Shown one piece after another: positions 41,354-54,590 of a stretch of DNA of 64,000 nt (position 1 is its first letter; each line of letters starts with the position of its first letter). The stretch is from the NCBI GenBank assembly GCA_964016885.1, contig OZ024759.1:24862001-24926000 (forward strand). The letters are read 5' to 3'. A program made the position numbers and the translations under genes. The DNA is from Eledone cirrhosa (taxonomy: Eukaryota). The notes beneath the pieces are model-generated. The model had not been told where the DNA came from, ran no database searches, and saw only the letters and a program-made list of their open reading frames with translations.

Positions 41354-41410
41354 TGCTATATATATATTTCAGTGATAGCCATTATTCAACAGTTATAACC
41401 TCATCAGGCA
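41354..41410 (-). ncRNA. Minimal type I hammerhead motif
   Basis: tgc-CTGATGA-ggttata...tatcact-GAAA-tatatata-TA-gca, with a palindromic stem III. Confidence 0.7.
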
Positions 41411-41764
41411 GTAAGAACTTGAGCCGAAAAAACAGAGAAACAATGTTGTAATAGATTTTACCTTGTTAATCCATTGATATGTTCAGATTCAGAGGGTGGT
41501 GTTAGTCCTCTAAGGAACTGAAAGCATTATTCCGGAGTAAACAGACCAGCCTGAGCACTTCGTTGAGTGCTCCACCCTGCATACTGAAGTGTTGGTAAAC
41601 AACCAACACATACTCAAAATTATATATGGTGAGCTTATAAGTTGGGTGAATTTAGGCTATTATTTCTAGCCGATCCACTCACGCCACTTTGGACGTCTCG
41701 CGCACGAAGTGAAATATTCACTAGTGTAGCTTCTCGTCTTAGGTGTTTGTCACATTTGATCTTT

Positions 41765-41850
41765 TCTCTCGCTGATGATGCCTACGGATTATCTGTTACA
41801 AACACAATTCTCAGGGCGAAACAGATTAAATCTCTAATATGTCCGAGAGA
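41765..41850 (+). ncRNA. Type I hammerhead ribozyme motif
   Basis: Stem I tctctcg/cgagaga (7 bp); CTGATGA at 41772; stem II gcc/ggc; GAAA at 41818; stem III ca/tg; GTC cleavage triplet at 41841-41843. Confidence 0.8.
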
Positions 41851-42755
41851 TAAATAGTTATTGAAACGGTCACTACATTTTACTCTTTATCCTGTATTTT
41901 CCGTTTGCTTCAGGTTAAATCTGTCAAACCAACGTGGTATCTTTACCCTCGTAATTTTAAAAACACACAATTTACTGTGTTTATTACTACATATATATAT
42001 ATATATGAAAAGAGTCAGGACCCCAATGGCTGAGCTCCAGCCGTTTCGACAGCTAGATCTGAACTAACCCAGCAGTATTAGGATGGCAGGGACCTAGCTG
42101 AACTTATAAAGGGGTACAGTCCATATATGAGCATGCAGTCAAAACAAAAAAAAAGCAAAAGTATCAAATCAAACAATCCTAAGAATTTGTTTGTTTTTCT
42201 TGTCTGTTACGGGGAGGGGTCAATGATTTTGGAATGTCATGTGCATGGTTAAATTCCTTCATATATATATATACATACATACACATATACATATATACAA
42301 TACCAGTATATAGGTATACCTACTACTGCCATACATGTCAAAAGCCAGTGACATAAGACAACTCAACTCTTAATACTATTGCTGCAGCTAACACCACATA
42401 TGAGAGAGAGAGAGAACTTCTTATATGTAAACTATAGAAATATTTACATGTTTAATATTCTCTTCTAATTAATATCCACCTTAACTTTGTTATATATTTT
42501 TTCTAGTAGAGGAAGGCCATGAAAAACATGGGCAGAGGTGGTGAGAGCGGACCTCAGATTGCTGAAGCTCACGGAGGAGATGATGAAGGGCCATCACAAG
42601 TAGAGAGATGCTGTGCTGAATAGGACCATCCCACGCTTGCAAGCAGGGAAAAGCGGACATAAAATGATGATGATGAAACCGGTCCTAACTTTAAAAAAAA
42701 TGTTTTTGTTTTTTCATAAAAAATTCTATTAGCATTTTCTACTGTTTCTAATTTT

Positions 42756-42799
<44 letters not shown>

Positions 42800-43219
42800 A
42801 TATATATATAAGTTAACAAGATATTGTTTAAGGTACTAAGGACCAAGGAAACAATGTTTCCATTGGTCTTTCTATTGCTGATACTATCTATCAGTCACAA
42901 CTCCTTATATACATGTCCTTCCAGGGATATACGAAGTGCTAATATTAGTACCTTCTACAGTAAACCACAAATATACTGAAACATACGCACACACGCTCCG
43001 AAAGTACAGTAGCTAGAGACAGCACGGGATGGAAAAAGTTCAGGTTTCTCTCTAAAAATGAAAGGCAGGCTGTATGATGCCTACATACGAACAGCGATGT
43101 TACATGGCAGTGAGACATGGGCCTTGAAGCTTGCATGCTCCGTTGGATGTGTAATTGTAATATATATATATATATATATGGAGGAAGTTATAGTTCACGT
43201 GAAGCATTGTGTAATGAGG

Positions 43220-43642
43220 TATAAACGTTTGTATATGTATAATAAAGCCAAAACAATGCAGGTATGGACATAGAATAAAGAATGCAAATGCAAAAGATAT
43301 TGTTGACAATTAGTCTTTTACCTTAGATTTATTTAAATGTCCTTAATTTTCGAGATAATATCTCTTCTTCGGAGGGAAGTAAAGCGGTTAAACCAGTGTT
43401 CTAAATAGCTTGCCAAGTCATGCTGACATTTCCTGTCAGCATGACTTGGCAAGCTATTTAGAACACTGGTTTAACCGCTTTACTTCCCTCCGAAGAAGAG
43501 ATATTATCTCGAAAATTAAGGACATTTAAATAAATCTAAGGTAAAAGACTAATTGTCAACAATATCTTTTGCATTTGCATTCTTTATTCTATGTCCATAC
43601 CTGTATTGTTTTGGCTTTATTATACATATACAAACGTTTATA
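43220..43642. repeat. Near-perfect palindrome with 209-bp arms and a 5-nt loop (family C)
   Basis: Arms are symmetric about 43431 (loop tttcc); one mismatch seen; about 45 nt of unpaired extension on the left; (TA)n flanks. Confidence 0.95.
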
Positions 43643-43644
43643 TA

Positions 43645-43935
43645 TATTTAATTATGTAATAAACAACATAAGACAATTATTCCATTTACCAAAGGTTTTG
43701 CAAAGACAGACGAGCTCAACAGAGACGTCTGAAATCGCTTATCAGAATGAAAATTTAATATCTATAAAATTTTCATTCTGATGAGTGATTCAGACGTCTC
43801 TGTAGAGCTCGTCTGTCTTTGTAAAACCTTTGGTAAATGGAATAATTGTCTTATGTTGTTTATTACATAATTAAATAGCTCTGTAATATACATAGAGCAC
43901 TCTCCTTTCCTTTACCCTTCCTATGGAAATACTTC
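43645..43935. repeat. Fold-back family A, about 110-bp arms plus tail; other copies at 2671-2887, 30233-30385, 58600-58826
   Basis: Arms taataaacaacataagacaattattccatttaccaaagg... and its reverse complement; one-sided tail gctctgt...ctcctttcctttacc.ttcctatggaaa.actt. Confidence 0.92.
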
Positions 43936-43939
43936 ACAC

Positions 43940-44019
<80 letters not shown>

Positions 44020-44846
44020 CATTATCATCATCATCACAACGTTTAACGTCCGTGTTCCACGCTTGCATGGGTTTGGACGGGGGTTTTCCCACTTGAGGCA
44101 AGAGTGATTATCTTGCTCGCATAGGACTATCTGGCGGGTTTTCTACAGCTGGATGCCCTTCCTAACACGAACCACATTTACAGTGTGGGGCTGGGAGGTT
44201 TTTACCGTGTTGCCTACACGGCCACATTACAGCGTGAACTGTGTTTTTTTGACGTGACACCTACACAATCTCATTTGTTTCGGCCTGGATGTTGTGGCAC
44301 CAACATAACTTTACATTGAAAGGGGCGGTGTGGATGGAGTGGGGGTGGTGGGACGGGGGTGTATTTTGTTAGAGATGCCTACTGACTGTAGTAGGTTTTA
44401 CTTTGTATTTAGGTAAGGCGGGTCTTCTCTATTACTGAGTACCGCCAAAGGTCTCGGTCCAGTGACATTGTCTTGGTGAGGTGTAAGTGTGTGAGGTCGG
44501 AATTTATCAGCTCGTCCCAGGTTTTTCTGGGTCTGCCTATTCCGTGGCTACCATCTATCTTTATTGCCCTGCACTTTGTTATACAGCTATCGTCCTTCAT
44601 GCGCATCACGTGACCATACCAATGTAGCCTTCTCTCGAGTAAACAACATCTGATCCCTCTTATTTCTAATTTTTTCCTTAGTTCGTTTATGCTTTGCCGT
44701 TCACGTATATTACTATTACACATCCAGCGGAGCATGCAAGCTTCGTTTCTCTCTAGTCTGCGTATATCCTCTGCACACAATGCCCAGGTCTCACTGCCAT
44801 GCAACATTGCTGTTCGTATGCAGGCATCGTACAACCTGCCTTTCAT
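44020..44846 (-). mobile_element. 5'-truncated RTE LINE (3' ORF end + 3'UTR + GAT tail)
   Basis: MKGRLYDACIRTAMLHGSETW...RRLHWYGHVMRM...GRPRKTW; same tail as the other RTE copies. Confidence 0.9.
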
Positions 44847-46398
44847 ATATATATATATAAAGGAGTATATAAATGCTTATATACATGTAATTCCATTGGC
44901 TACCATGTTTAAAGTTAAGTGAACAGAGAAAACGACTTCCGAATAAAATAATTTAGTATAACAGGTAATATTAGAGAACAGATTAAACTATAATTAGAAT
45001 GAAGGGAAACATAGCCGTTTTTCCTGCAGTTTTCCAGTTTCCCTTGCAGTTTTTTTCCCGTTCTTTTCCACAGTTTTTTCCTCACAGTTTTTCTTCAGAT
45101 ACAAAAATCACATTAGTTGTGTTTCCATGCAATGTTTTCTTCCAGCCAGGAATAGAAATTTGTTAACTTACAGCTATGACATACAAAAAACTCACCTCGT
45201 AAAATCATCTACTTTTATAAGCAAAGCATATTTAAAATATTCTAAGAACACCAATAAAAAGAACCTCAAAACTAATAGATAATAATAAAAGAATAAATAA
45301 AAGCTGAACATCTGATAACAATATATTAATTAATTGTGGAGTTATTTGATATTTACTCCACAGTTTTAGATAATTGTTGGCCATTTTGTAATTTATGAGA
45401 CATTCATTCTCAACAGTAAAAATCTATCTGGTGTGCGTGTATATATCAATGTGGGTGTATATGAATCAAAGTTGTAGCTGTCATATAGCAGGTACTAATC
45501 GAGTTGTATATATATATACACACACTCAAATATATACATTTTATACACATTTAGTAAATGTTATATGAGAAGTTGTAGCCATTAAGAAAATTAAAACATA
45601 CATAAATGAGTGAAATATATGTTAACTGAAAGGCGGGGGGGAGATATGAGTGTATATATATATGAATGTCTATACATGAGTGTGTATATATATATACATA
45701 TATATATACGCATATATTATTTCAGATTACTTTAGTGAGGTGGTGATAGAAGAGAAGCTTTTTTTGGTTGTATATATATATGGCGGCACATGGCTTAGTG
45801 GTCAGAACATTGGCCTTGCAATCGAAAGGTTGTGAGTTCAATTCTCAGACCGGGTGATGTGTTGTTTCCTTGAGCAAGACACTTTATTTCACATTGCTCC
45901 AGTTTACTCAGCTGTAGAAATGAGATGATAGGGACTGGGGTCCCTATCATTCCACTGCAAAGTGGTTTTGGAGGTGCCACAGCAAAAAAGCACCCAGCCC
46001 ACACTGTAAAGTGGACGTATAGGCGCCACAAAAAAAAAGCACCCCGCACTCACTGTAAATGAGGTTGGTGTTAGGAAGGGCATCCAGCTGTAGAAATCAA
46101 GCCAGAATCAGTTCCCGTCAAACCCTTGCAAGCAGGGAAAAGCAGACGTAAAATGATGATGATATATATATATATATATCAGTGGCACATATATATATAT
46201 AAATGTAACGGAAATTTGACACCTTGTCCATATCCTTATATATACATATATATGCAGTACATATATATTACATATATATAGAAAGAGACAGACACATAAA
46301 AAAAAGATAAGTTTATGTGGCAATAAACCAATGAATGAAAATGAAAAAGATTGAGGAAAAATAAAATGATGTAGAATTATGACGTTGTAATTTGTGGA

Positions 46399-49300
46399 CT
46401 AGCAGAAGTGCCCGGCGTTGCTCGGAGTTTAATTGCTTTAAACTACTTTTAATGATTCCACTCAATTATGAATATTGAGGCATTGAAAGTAAATACGGAT
46501 AAGTTTGAAAATATACAACAATAGCATCTACTCACTATATGTCAGACCGGCAAGACTGCAGTGGTGCTGAATAGAGGAGTCACAACACCTCTATGTAGAC
46601 CACATTTTTTGTTCTGCCTTTGGGCGCAAGTATGAATAAGTTCTGCTGGCATCCCACTCTTGAGCATGCAACGTATAATTGGCCGTGTGAGAAGCATGGC
46701 TGGACTAAATGCAGGCCTGCCGTTGATAGTGTTTGGCCTTGGGACTTGTTGATTGACATCGTGAAGCAAAGTTTAACGGGGAATTGAAGTCGGCACAGAG
46801 TACAGGGGCATTCCATACCTGATGGAGTTAATGGTATTCTGGGTATGAAGACGTTTTCTCCAGTGCCGCAGCCCGTGAGAATTCTGGCTTCAATTATATG
46901 TGGCAGGAGGTTTCTTACCACTAACCGTGTTCCGTTGCAGAGACGTGGTGGTTCCAGGTTCCTCAACAGCATCACTGGAGTCCTAACTTTGACGCGCAGT
47001 TCATGAGGTGGCAGTCGAGAGAGGTCCAAGGAATTGAGGAATTCTGTTGGAAAATCGTCAACCTCATCTTTGTCCACCACTTTGTCCACAGATTTGTAGG
47101 TACGGAGGTTTCCAGGAATGTGTTTGCAGAAGGTCCTCATTGATTTTTGCAACTGAGACATTTTTGGGAGCCAATATGGCTCTATCGCATAGCCAACTCG
47201 TGTTTTTGTAGTTGGTCGCCATATCGGGAAAGACAGAGGCTGTGAGGTCGTCAACAGTGTCGACAACGGTGCCTACTTGCGAGACTGCCATTTCTCCAGC
47301 TGCATCTGAAGGTGCAGCGCCGTCACCAACTGTTAAGAGGTCCTTTGAGAAGTCGGCTGCTGAGTGGTCGCCGACCAGTTGGGCTCTCATGTTTGTTGTG
47401 AGGGTCAGGATTGTCACTTCCTGCCACAGGGGAGATGACTTAATGCAAGCCCCCACAGTGTCGGCCCTGGTGGCTTTTGGAACAACTGGAAGAGTTTGTC
47501 GAAAATCGCCGGACAGAAGTAGAGGTACTCCTCCCATCGGCCGGTTGCATTCCCTGATGTCTCGTAGGGTCCCATCTAACGCCTCAAGAGACCCTTTATG
47601 GGCCATTGTGCATTCGTCCCACACAATTAGGTGGCATCTTTTCAAGACTTCAGCTTTGTCAGAGTCCTTGGTGATGTTACAGGTTATTGTGTCGTCTGAA
47701 GTCGTGTTGAATAGCAGTTTAAATGCGGAATGAGATGTCCTACCTCCGGGCAGCAGAGTTGCGGCAATGCCAGAAGAAGCCACAGCCAGGGCGATTCCTT
47801 TCTGCTGTCGCACTTTGGCGAGGAGGAGTTTATTGACGAATGTTTTACCAGTTCCTCCTGGGGTGTCCAAAAAGAAGATACCTCCTCTGTGTTGACGAAT
47901 GGAAGTGCAAACTGTGTCATACGCCTGCCGTTGGTCCTGCAACAATTTCGGCTCGTTTTCGTTGATGAACAGTTCGAGGGCGTGGACGTCGTAGGCAGTT
48001 TCCTGAATTATGCCCGTTGGAAGTTTGTCGGAGCCCGTTCGCTGAACTTTTGGCAGTCCATAGAATGGAAGGTCATTTCCGCCGGCAGTTAGGATTTTGT
48101 CCTTGATGTCAATGAGAGCTTTGTTGAAGAATTTGTCGCTGAGTCGTACGTCAGAATGAGGGAGTAGCAGTTGACCTTGGTGTATGTAGTCATCGGAAAG
48201 GTCCTCTTTGTATTTGGATGCAGGGTCGCTTAACTCGCATGTCTGCAGTAGCACCGCAAAGAGTTGCCGAAGAGTTCGCGCTGAGCGTATTGTAGCTGCC
48301 TCCGCCAATGTCGCATCCCACTGAGCGCCATTTTCCAGTAGCCCCCGTCTAAGGCAGGCTGCGCGGAATGAAGTACAAAGCTCTCCGTTGATTGTTTTCA
48401 GATCATCGAAAGATGTTGGTCCTACCACGTCATGCAGTAGAAAGCGGAGATAAAAGCATTCCTGTTGGTTCGGATGAATGGTGTACACTCTCCCAAGGGT
48501 AGGGGACATTTTAATGTCTGGATGTCCCTCGACGGGTTGTCCTTTCACCCTTCTTAACCAAATTCTGTTGTCTGTGTTCCATGTGTAGTATGATGGCACC
48601 TGAGAGTAGAAGATGGTCTTGGCGAAGGGATCGTTTCGGCATAACTTAAAAAATGCCCTAAGTGTGGTGTCCTTGGGTTCCTCTGCTATCTCAGCAGCGG
48701 TGAAGCGGTGAAGTAGAATCTTTGACCATTTTCAAGGTGCACTGCCAACTGTTTGATTGGGGGGTAGTTATGGTGTATTGCAAAGTGGAAGAATCGCCAG
48801 AATGCTTCATTGCTGCTGATGTATCGGCCTACCTGGTATCGAGTTACTTTGTCTCAGTTGTTCTCCATTGTAAGACCAAAGGACGCTGCATCGGACCCCT
48901 TATTGATATACTTGCAGACGTACTTTATCGATTTGACGGAGTGGCAGTATTCAACGTTAATGTGGGCGTTAAACAATTTAAGCAGAAGTGGGAAGTAGGG
49001 TACAATCCACCGGTTGTTGACGTTGTGATGTGGTGTTTTCGCAACAATTTCTCCATTTGCTGGCTCCCTGCGGCGGTATAATGGATAACCGTCGCCACCT
49101 GTCTGAGTTTCTCAGAGGAATGGCCTTGGATACCTCTTGGTGCACCTTTTTTATTTAATGCATGGAGAATTCATGTTGAAACCGTTTCCGCATGGCCCAT
49201 TAACCATGTGAGCAGTGACGATGTTGTGGAGTTCTCTGTCCAATTTTGGGTCGGGTATTTCTGCTGAAATGATGCTGTCAATGCTGCTTGCGTTCATTTT

Positions 49301-51626
49301 CGTTATCAGCCAAATGAGTAGGTGAGCGTGTGGCAGGCCTCTTTTTTGCCACTCGACGGTGTATACGTAGCACCTAACAGGTCCAAAGGCCTTACCTGAT
49401 TTTAGGAGTTCAATAAGTTTTGTCAACTTCAAGTGAAACACTCGTGCCGTAACATCGTGTCTGTCTGACGCCCTTTGTCCAGGAATAATTCTGCGGTAAT
49501 TTCATTCCACTTAGGGTTGCATGTTGAAGTGATGAAGAGATCCGGTCTGCCGTAGAGACGCACGTACGTCATAGCATCCTGTGTGCGTTCACTCCCAATG
49601 AAGGTCGACAGAAGGATACAATGTTTTCCTAGGTTCTCGGGATCGACATCATTCCTTACTCCAACCCGTAAGTGAATGTAGCTGTCCACGCAAAGACGTG
49701 CTTGATTGTTCCTTATGTAGCACAGCCTTTCAGATTCCATCTTTGCGCACGCGTATACAGCAAGTTGGTTGAAGAGTACTCTTGCACGGTGGAATTTGTT
49801 AAAGCAGCATTCGCGGACCATGAATCGGTAGATGTAGAATTGCATAGAGGAAACAGTTTTGTTGCTGTTGCACAAAGGAATTCCAAAGTGGTAACCGTTG
49901 TCACCGAATGGGAAAAGTAGGGGATATATGTGTCGTAGGACCTATGCGTCTCACTGATCCGTTGCAGACTATTGTCCCTACACTGAAGTATGATGTCTCG
50001 TTTGTTGTACTGTTCTCCCTGAAGAAGCACAGCTATTTCATTGCACGTGGGAGTGTTAAAACGTCTGGCGTGGGTGCCTGGTGGTTTCCTGTCAGCGTCG
50101 ATTATAACAGCAAAATTTGGCAACGGAGCAGCCTCCAATGCGCATTTAAAACTGCGAATGTGGTTGTTGTTTTCGTGCAGCATTCTCTGGAGTTGCAACA
50201 GAATTTTCATGTCTGTGCCAAGCGAAATTGAAGCGCGTCGTTCCGCTTGGTCCAAATAGTCAGTGACAAAGTATAGCTGTAGGAACTGGGGCTGTCCGTC
50301 TGTCGTGGGCAGTAGCGAACCGATTCTGTGGTAAATTTGTCCTTGAACTTTAAAGGTAGGCATGAAGCTTTCCTCGCGTATGATGTTAGCTCCGAAAAAG
50401 GTCATTTGGAAGGCAGCGTTGTATCTCCTGGAACATCTAAGGAAGTGTTCCGACTCCGCTGTGGTACCGGTCAGTAGAGACTTCAAAGGTTGTGGTGGTT
50501 CCTGTAGAGGAGGCAGTTTCACTTTGCCGTCAGAGCAGCACATCCCTGAAGTCTCCCCAGGCCATTTTTTTGCCCGACAATATTGGCAAATGACAGACAT
50601 GGATCCAATCTGAACTTCTGGCATCAGTGCATAGTTTACGTTGGGTCATAGTGGAAAGACATATGAGACCACTGAGTGCAACTGATCCTCTGTGTGCTTC
50701 GTTTAGCACTCCTGCGGAGTGCGTTTAGCCTTTGTAATTGAATTTGCGCAGTCTCTGATGCGCGAACGGAAGCTGTTGAAGCGGCGTCCATACGTTGACG
50801 TCTGGAATGCTGCCCTTCGTCCTCAGCAGCACGTGACGCAGCAGTTGAGGCAGCATCTCTTCGTCGTCGACTGTAACGGTGTTCTTCGTCCTCACCGTCA
50901 CATGCCGCAGCGGTGGAGGCCTCATTTTTGCTTCGTCGTCGAGAATGTTGTTCATCAGTTTGCGCTGCACGTGCAACTGCAGTTACAAATGCATTTCCGG
51001 AAAGGCGGATGCTCCTCTTTTTTTCTGTCTCGGTTGCCCGGGTAATTGCATTTCGAGTTGCATTTTGTGACAACCGAGTCAATTTTTCTACGGACAACTC
51101 TGTAGCTCTTCTTCGTTTGGCAGCAGAAGCAGCTTTAGTTTGGCGACTAAGTCGTGGTCTTTTTTTGGGTGGCATGACCGTAGATTCAAAGAATGTGTTT
51201 GGTAGCAAAAATTTTCAAATAAACTTTGAATTAGTTTAAAGTGAGTACTATATTGTAGCATGACCGAACACGTAAATATTTATGCAGGTAAAGGAGCATG
51301 AAAGGAGAATGTAAGAGAGAGGGTTATCAAAGTTTGTGTCACGTTCCTTCAGAGACGGAGGCAGTAACCTTTTAAAGAGAGTTACAGAGGAGATTTAGGG
51401 TAGTGAGAGGAATGGAGCGTGTAAGAGATGGTTACAGCATGAATTTAGTTTTATCGATATTTTTTCATAGAAGCAGGACATTTTTGGCAAAGGTAATTAC
51501 GTGTTGACCTGCCTTGGTAAATTTGGAGCACATTGGGAAAAAAATCATCAAAATCGGTATGGAAATGTGGAAATGCATAAAAATCATACACACACACAGA
51601 CATCTACCGTTTTATATATATAGAGA
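46399..51626 (-). mobile_element. Full-length Helitron with a disrupted RepHel ORF
   Basis: 5' A|TCTCTATATATATAAAA at 51626; 3' hairpin ccgagcaacgccgg followed by CTAG|T at 46399, i.e. an A/T target site. Internal ORF pieces give a Zn-like CQYC...MCC, HUH motif VEWQKRGLPHAHLLIW, SIKYVCKYINKG, and PIF1 motifs GGTGKT, IVWDECTM, GDFRQTLPV, QFPVKL, TMSINKSQGQTL, HGQLYVACSRV. GC content is higher than the flanks. Confidence 0.95.
46580..51208 (-). pseudogene. Helitron Rep/PIF1 helicase, frameshifted into about 7 pieces
   Basis: Colinear ORF-track fragments 50636-51208, 49713-50624, 49429-49875, 49151-49441, 47064-48599 and 46580-47266 lie in different frames. Confidence 0.9.
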
Positions 51627-51982
51627 TGACATACATACATATGTATATATACATATAACATCATCATCATCATTTTACGTCCGCTTTTCCCTGCTTGCAA
51701 GGGTGAGATGGGAACTGATTCTGGCTTGATTTCTACAGCTGGATGCCCTTCCTAACACCAACCTCATTTACAGTGAGTGCTGGGTGCTTTTTTGCCGTGG
51801 CACCTCCAGCAGTGGAATGATAGGGGCCCCAGTCCCTATCATCTCATTTCTACAGCTGAGTAAACTGGAGCAATGTGAAATAATGTGTCTTACTCAAGGA
51901 AACAGCACATCACCGGGTCTGAGAATTGAACTCACCTTTCGATTGCAAGGCCAATGCTCTAACCACTCAGCCATGTGCCTCC

Positions 51983-52040
<58 letters not shown>

Positions 52041-52099
52041 TATGAATAAATATATATATAAATATATATATAAATATATATATATATATAAAAATATAT

Positions 52100-52130
<31 letters not shown>

Positions 52131-52139
52131 AAAATATAT

Positions 52140-52184
<45 letters not shown>

Positions 52185-52240
52185 AATGTAAGTATGTATG
52201 TATACGTACATACATATATGTATACAGACGTACAGTAGCA

Positions 52241-52306
<66 letters not shown>

Positions 52307-54344
52307 CATACAGGTACGCATACATATATGCACGCATCAGTTTAGCGGACGCTTATTATAACGCCGCTTTGTTCGTTTGTAAACAAACTGAACAGCCTGA
52401 ATTTCAACCTATATATATTTGTATATATATATACACACACACACACACATTTAGTATATGTTGCAATATATATACATACACACATTTAGTACATGTTGTT
52501 ATATATATATATACATACACACATTTAGTATATGTTATATATATACATACACACATTCAGTATATGTTGTTTTATATATATATATATATATATATATCTC
52601 GAGTACTTGTTTAACCAGGAATGTACCTAACCCAAGCCCAACACATACCTTAACATATGATATAACACATGCACTATCAGAAATAGGATGTATATTGTGA
52701 ATATGATATATATATATATATAGAGAGAGAGAGGAGGGGGAGGGGACTTGTTTAACTAGGAATATACCTAACCCCAGCCCCACACCAACCCTAACCCCAA
52801 GCCCAACCTTGCTGCTATTATGAGAATTATGATGATGTATATTGTGAATTTATATGTTAATGAATTGCTTAACTGGGAATGTACTATTAGCAGGTTTGAC
52901 AGTTTGTGTGAACATAGCATATGTGAACTGTGAACACAGCCACTCATGAACAGTCACATGTGAACTAAGCCACATGTTTATCACAGCCACATGTGAACAC
53001 GATATATTTAGATAAACTCTGTATACTACATATTAAATCTCTGTGAATGTCACAACTCCCAACATTATAAATATCAACCACAGTGACAAACATCCATTAG
53101 ATATCCATATGTATCCACTGGTAATTATGGTTTGTTGGTTTAACATATACATCACATACATTACCTATCGTCATGAATCTTGGGTAATGACTAAAAGAAT
53201 ACAATTGTGAATACAAGTGGCCAAAATGGGATTCCTCTGAAGGGTCTTTGGAGTAACGTTACTCGATAGAGTGAGTAACTCAGAGAGTTACTTCAGGTAG
53301 AGCTGCAACTTCTCTGAATTGAGAGATTACAGCTCTGATACTATGGATATGTGGTTAGAATGTCTCAGGAAAGAATCGTTGGACTGATTTGTAGCTCGGA
53401 GATCAGAGAGTCACTCCAGGTAGAGCTGTTACTTCTCCAAATTGAGAGGTCACAGCTCTGATACTATGGGCTGGACAGATTTGTAGCTCGGAGATCAGAG
53501 AGTCATAACATCCATGAACTTAGCTGGTCACGCTTATGGATCCAGCCTGATCAGTTGGAGATGATTGCTTCTGACAGGACCCGCTGGAAAGAGTGTTTGA
53601 GGACTCTGCCACCCACGACCTTCACAGGAATAAGTGGGCAAATGTTAGAATAAAAGAGAGTGGTAACACCTTTGGAAGGTGAACCCATTGGATTCTTCCT
53701 CTTTATCCTCCTCTTCCTCTTTACCTCCTTATTTCTGAGGGGTTGTGGAGGTACAATCTTCAGATACCCCTTCCAAGCAAGAACAACAGAGTTTATGGAT
53801 GTTATCCAACAAAAACCCCTGGCATATCTATCAGACAAAGCTCTCCAAAAATCTGTAATTATTGAGATGAATACATCTTATTTCTTGGATATATTAGATA
53901 CACAAGTCTTGAAGGGGAACAGAAAACATAGCGTCTTCTCTTTTATGAAACATTGTCCAACCCTTTCAGACACTCTTTAAGACAGGCAGTGATACAGTGT
54001 ACATATTCTAAACTGAGACATCTCAGGCAATGTTTTACAGCTGGATACCCTTCTTAACACCAGTACACTGTACACATCTGTTAGTGATAAATACTTTAGT
54101 TAGTGAAGAATATGATTAAAAGTAAGTTTTATTCTTTACAATTAGATAAAACTCCAAATGTATCTAACTCTGCTGATTTGTATCTAACTCTCCAAATGTA
54201 TCTAACTCTGTTTGAATCCAAACACTAAGAATTTGATGGTACAATTAATTAATTAATGAAGATTCTCTGTTTTGCCAATTGTTGGCAACACATGCTACCA
54301 ATGAGTCTATTTTTAATACATTGAATCATTTAATAATTGAAATG

Positions 54345-54590
54345 TAGCTGGTGCAATAATTGCAGGAGTAGGTGCAGTAATGTGCCTGCTTCGGCACTTG
54401 GTCATGAGAAGAAGGGAGCAGGTAGGTGCAAATGAAGGTGGTGCAGAAATGCACCAGCTCCTGCATTTGGTCATCAGAAGAAGGGAGTAGGTAAGTGCAA
54501 ATGAAGGTGGTGCAGTAATGTACCAGCTTCTGCATTCTGTCATGAGAAGAGAGGTAGGTAGGTAGGTGCAAATGAAGCAGGTGCAGTAAT
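54345..54590. repeat. About 70-bp tandem repeat x3
   Basis: ggtgcaaatgaaggtggtgcag...catgagaagaaggg units. Confidence 0.75.

Noticed and set aside
47212-51239. Plus-strand ORFs within the Helitron (and 13914-14858 within the RTE)
   Set aside because: Antisense shadows of GC-richer TE coding sequence.
52620-52810. Interstitial telomeric repeat
   Set aside because: Only scattered, degenerate cctaac(c) motifs; no (TTAGGG)n array.
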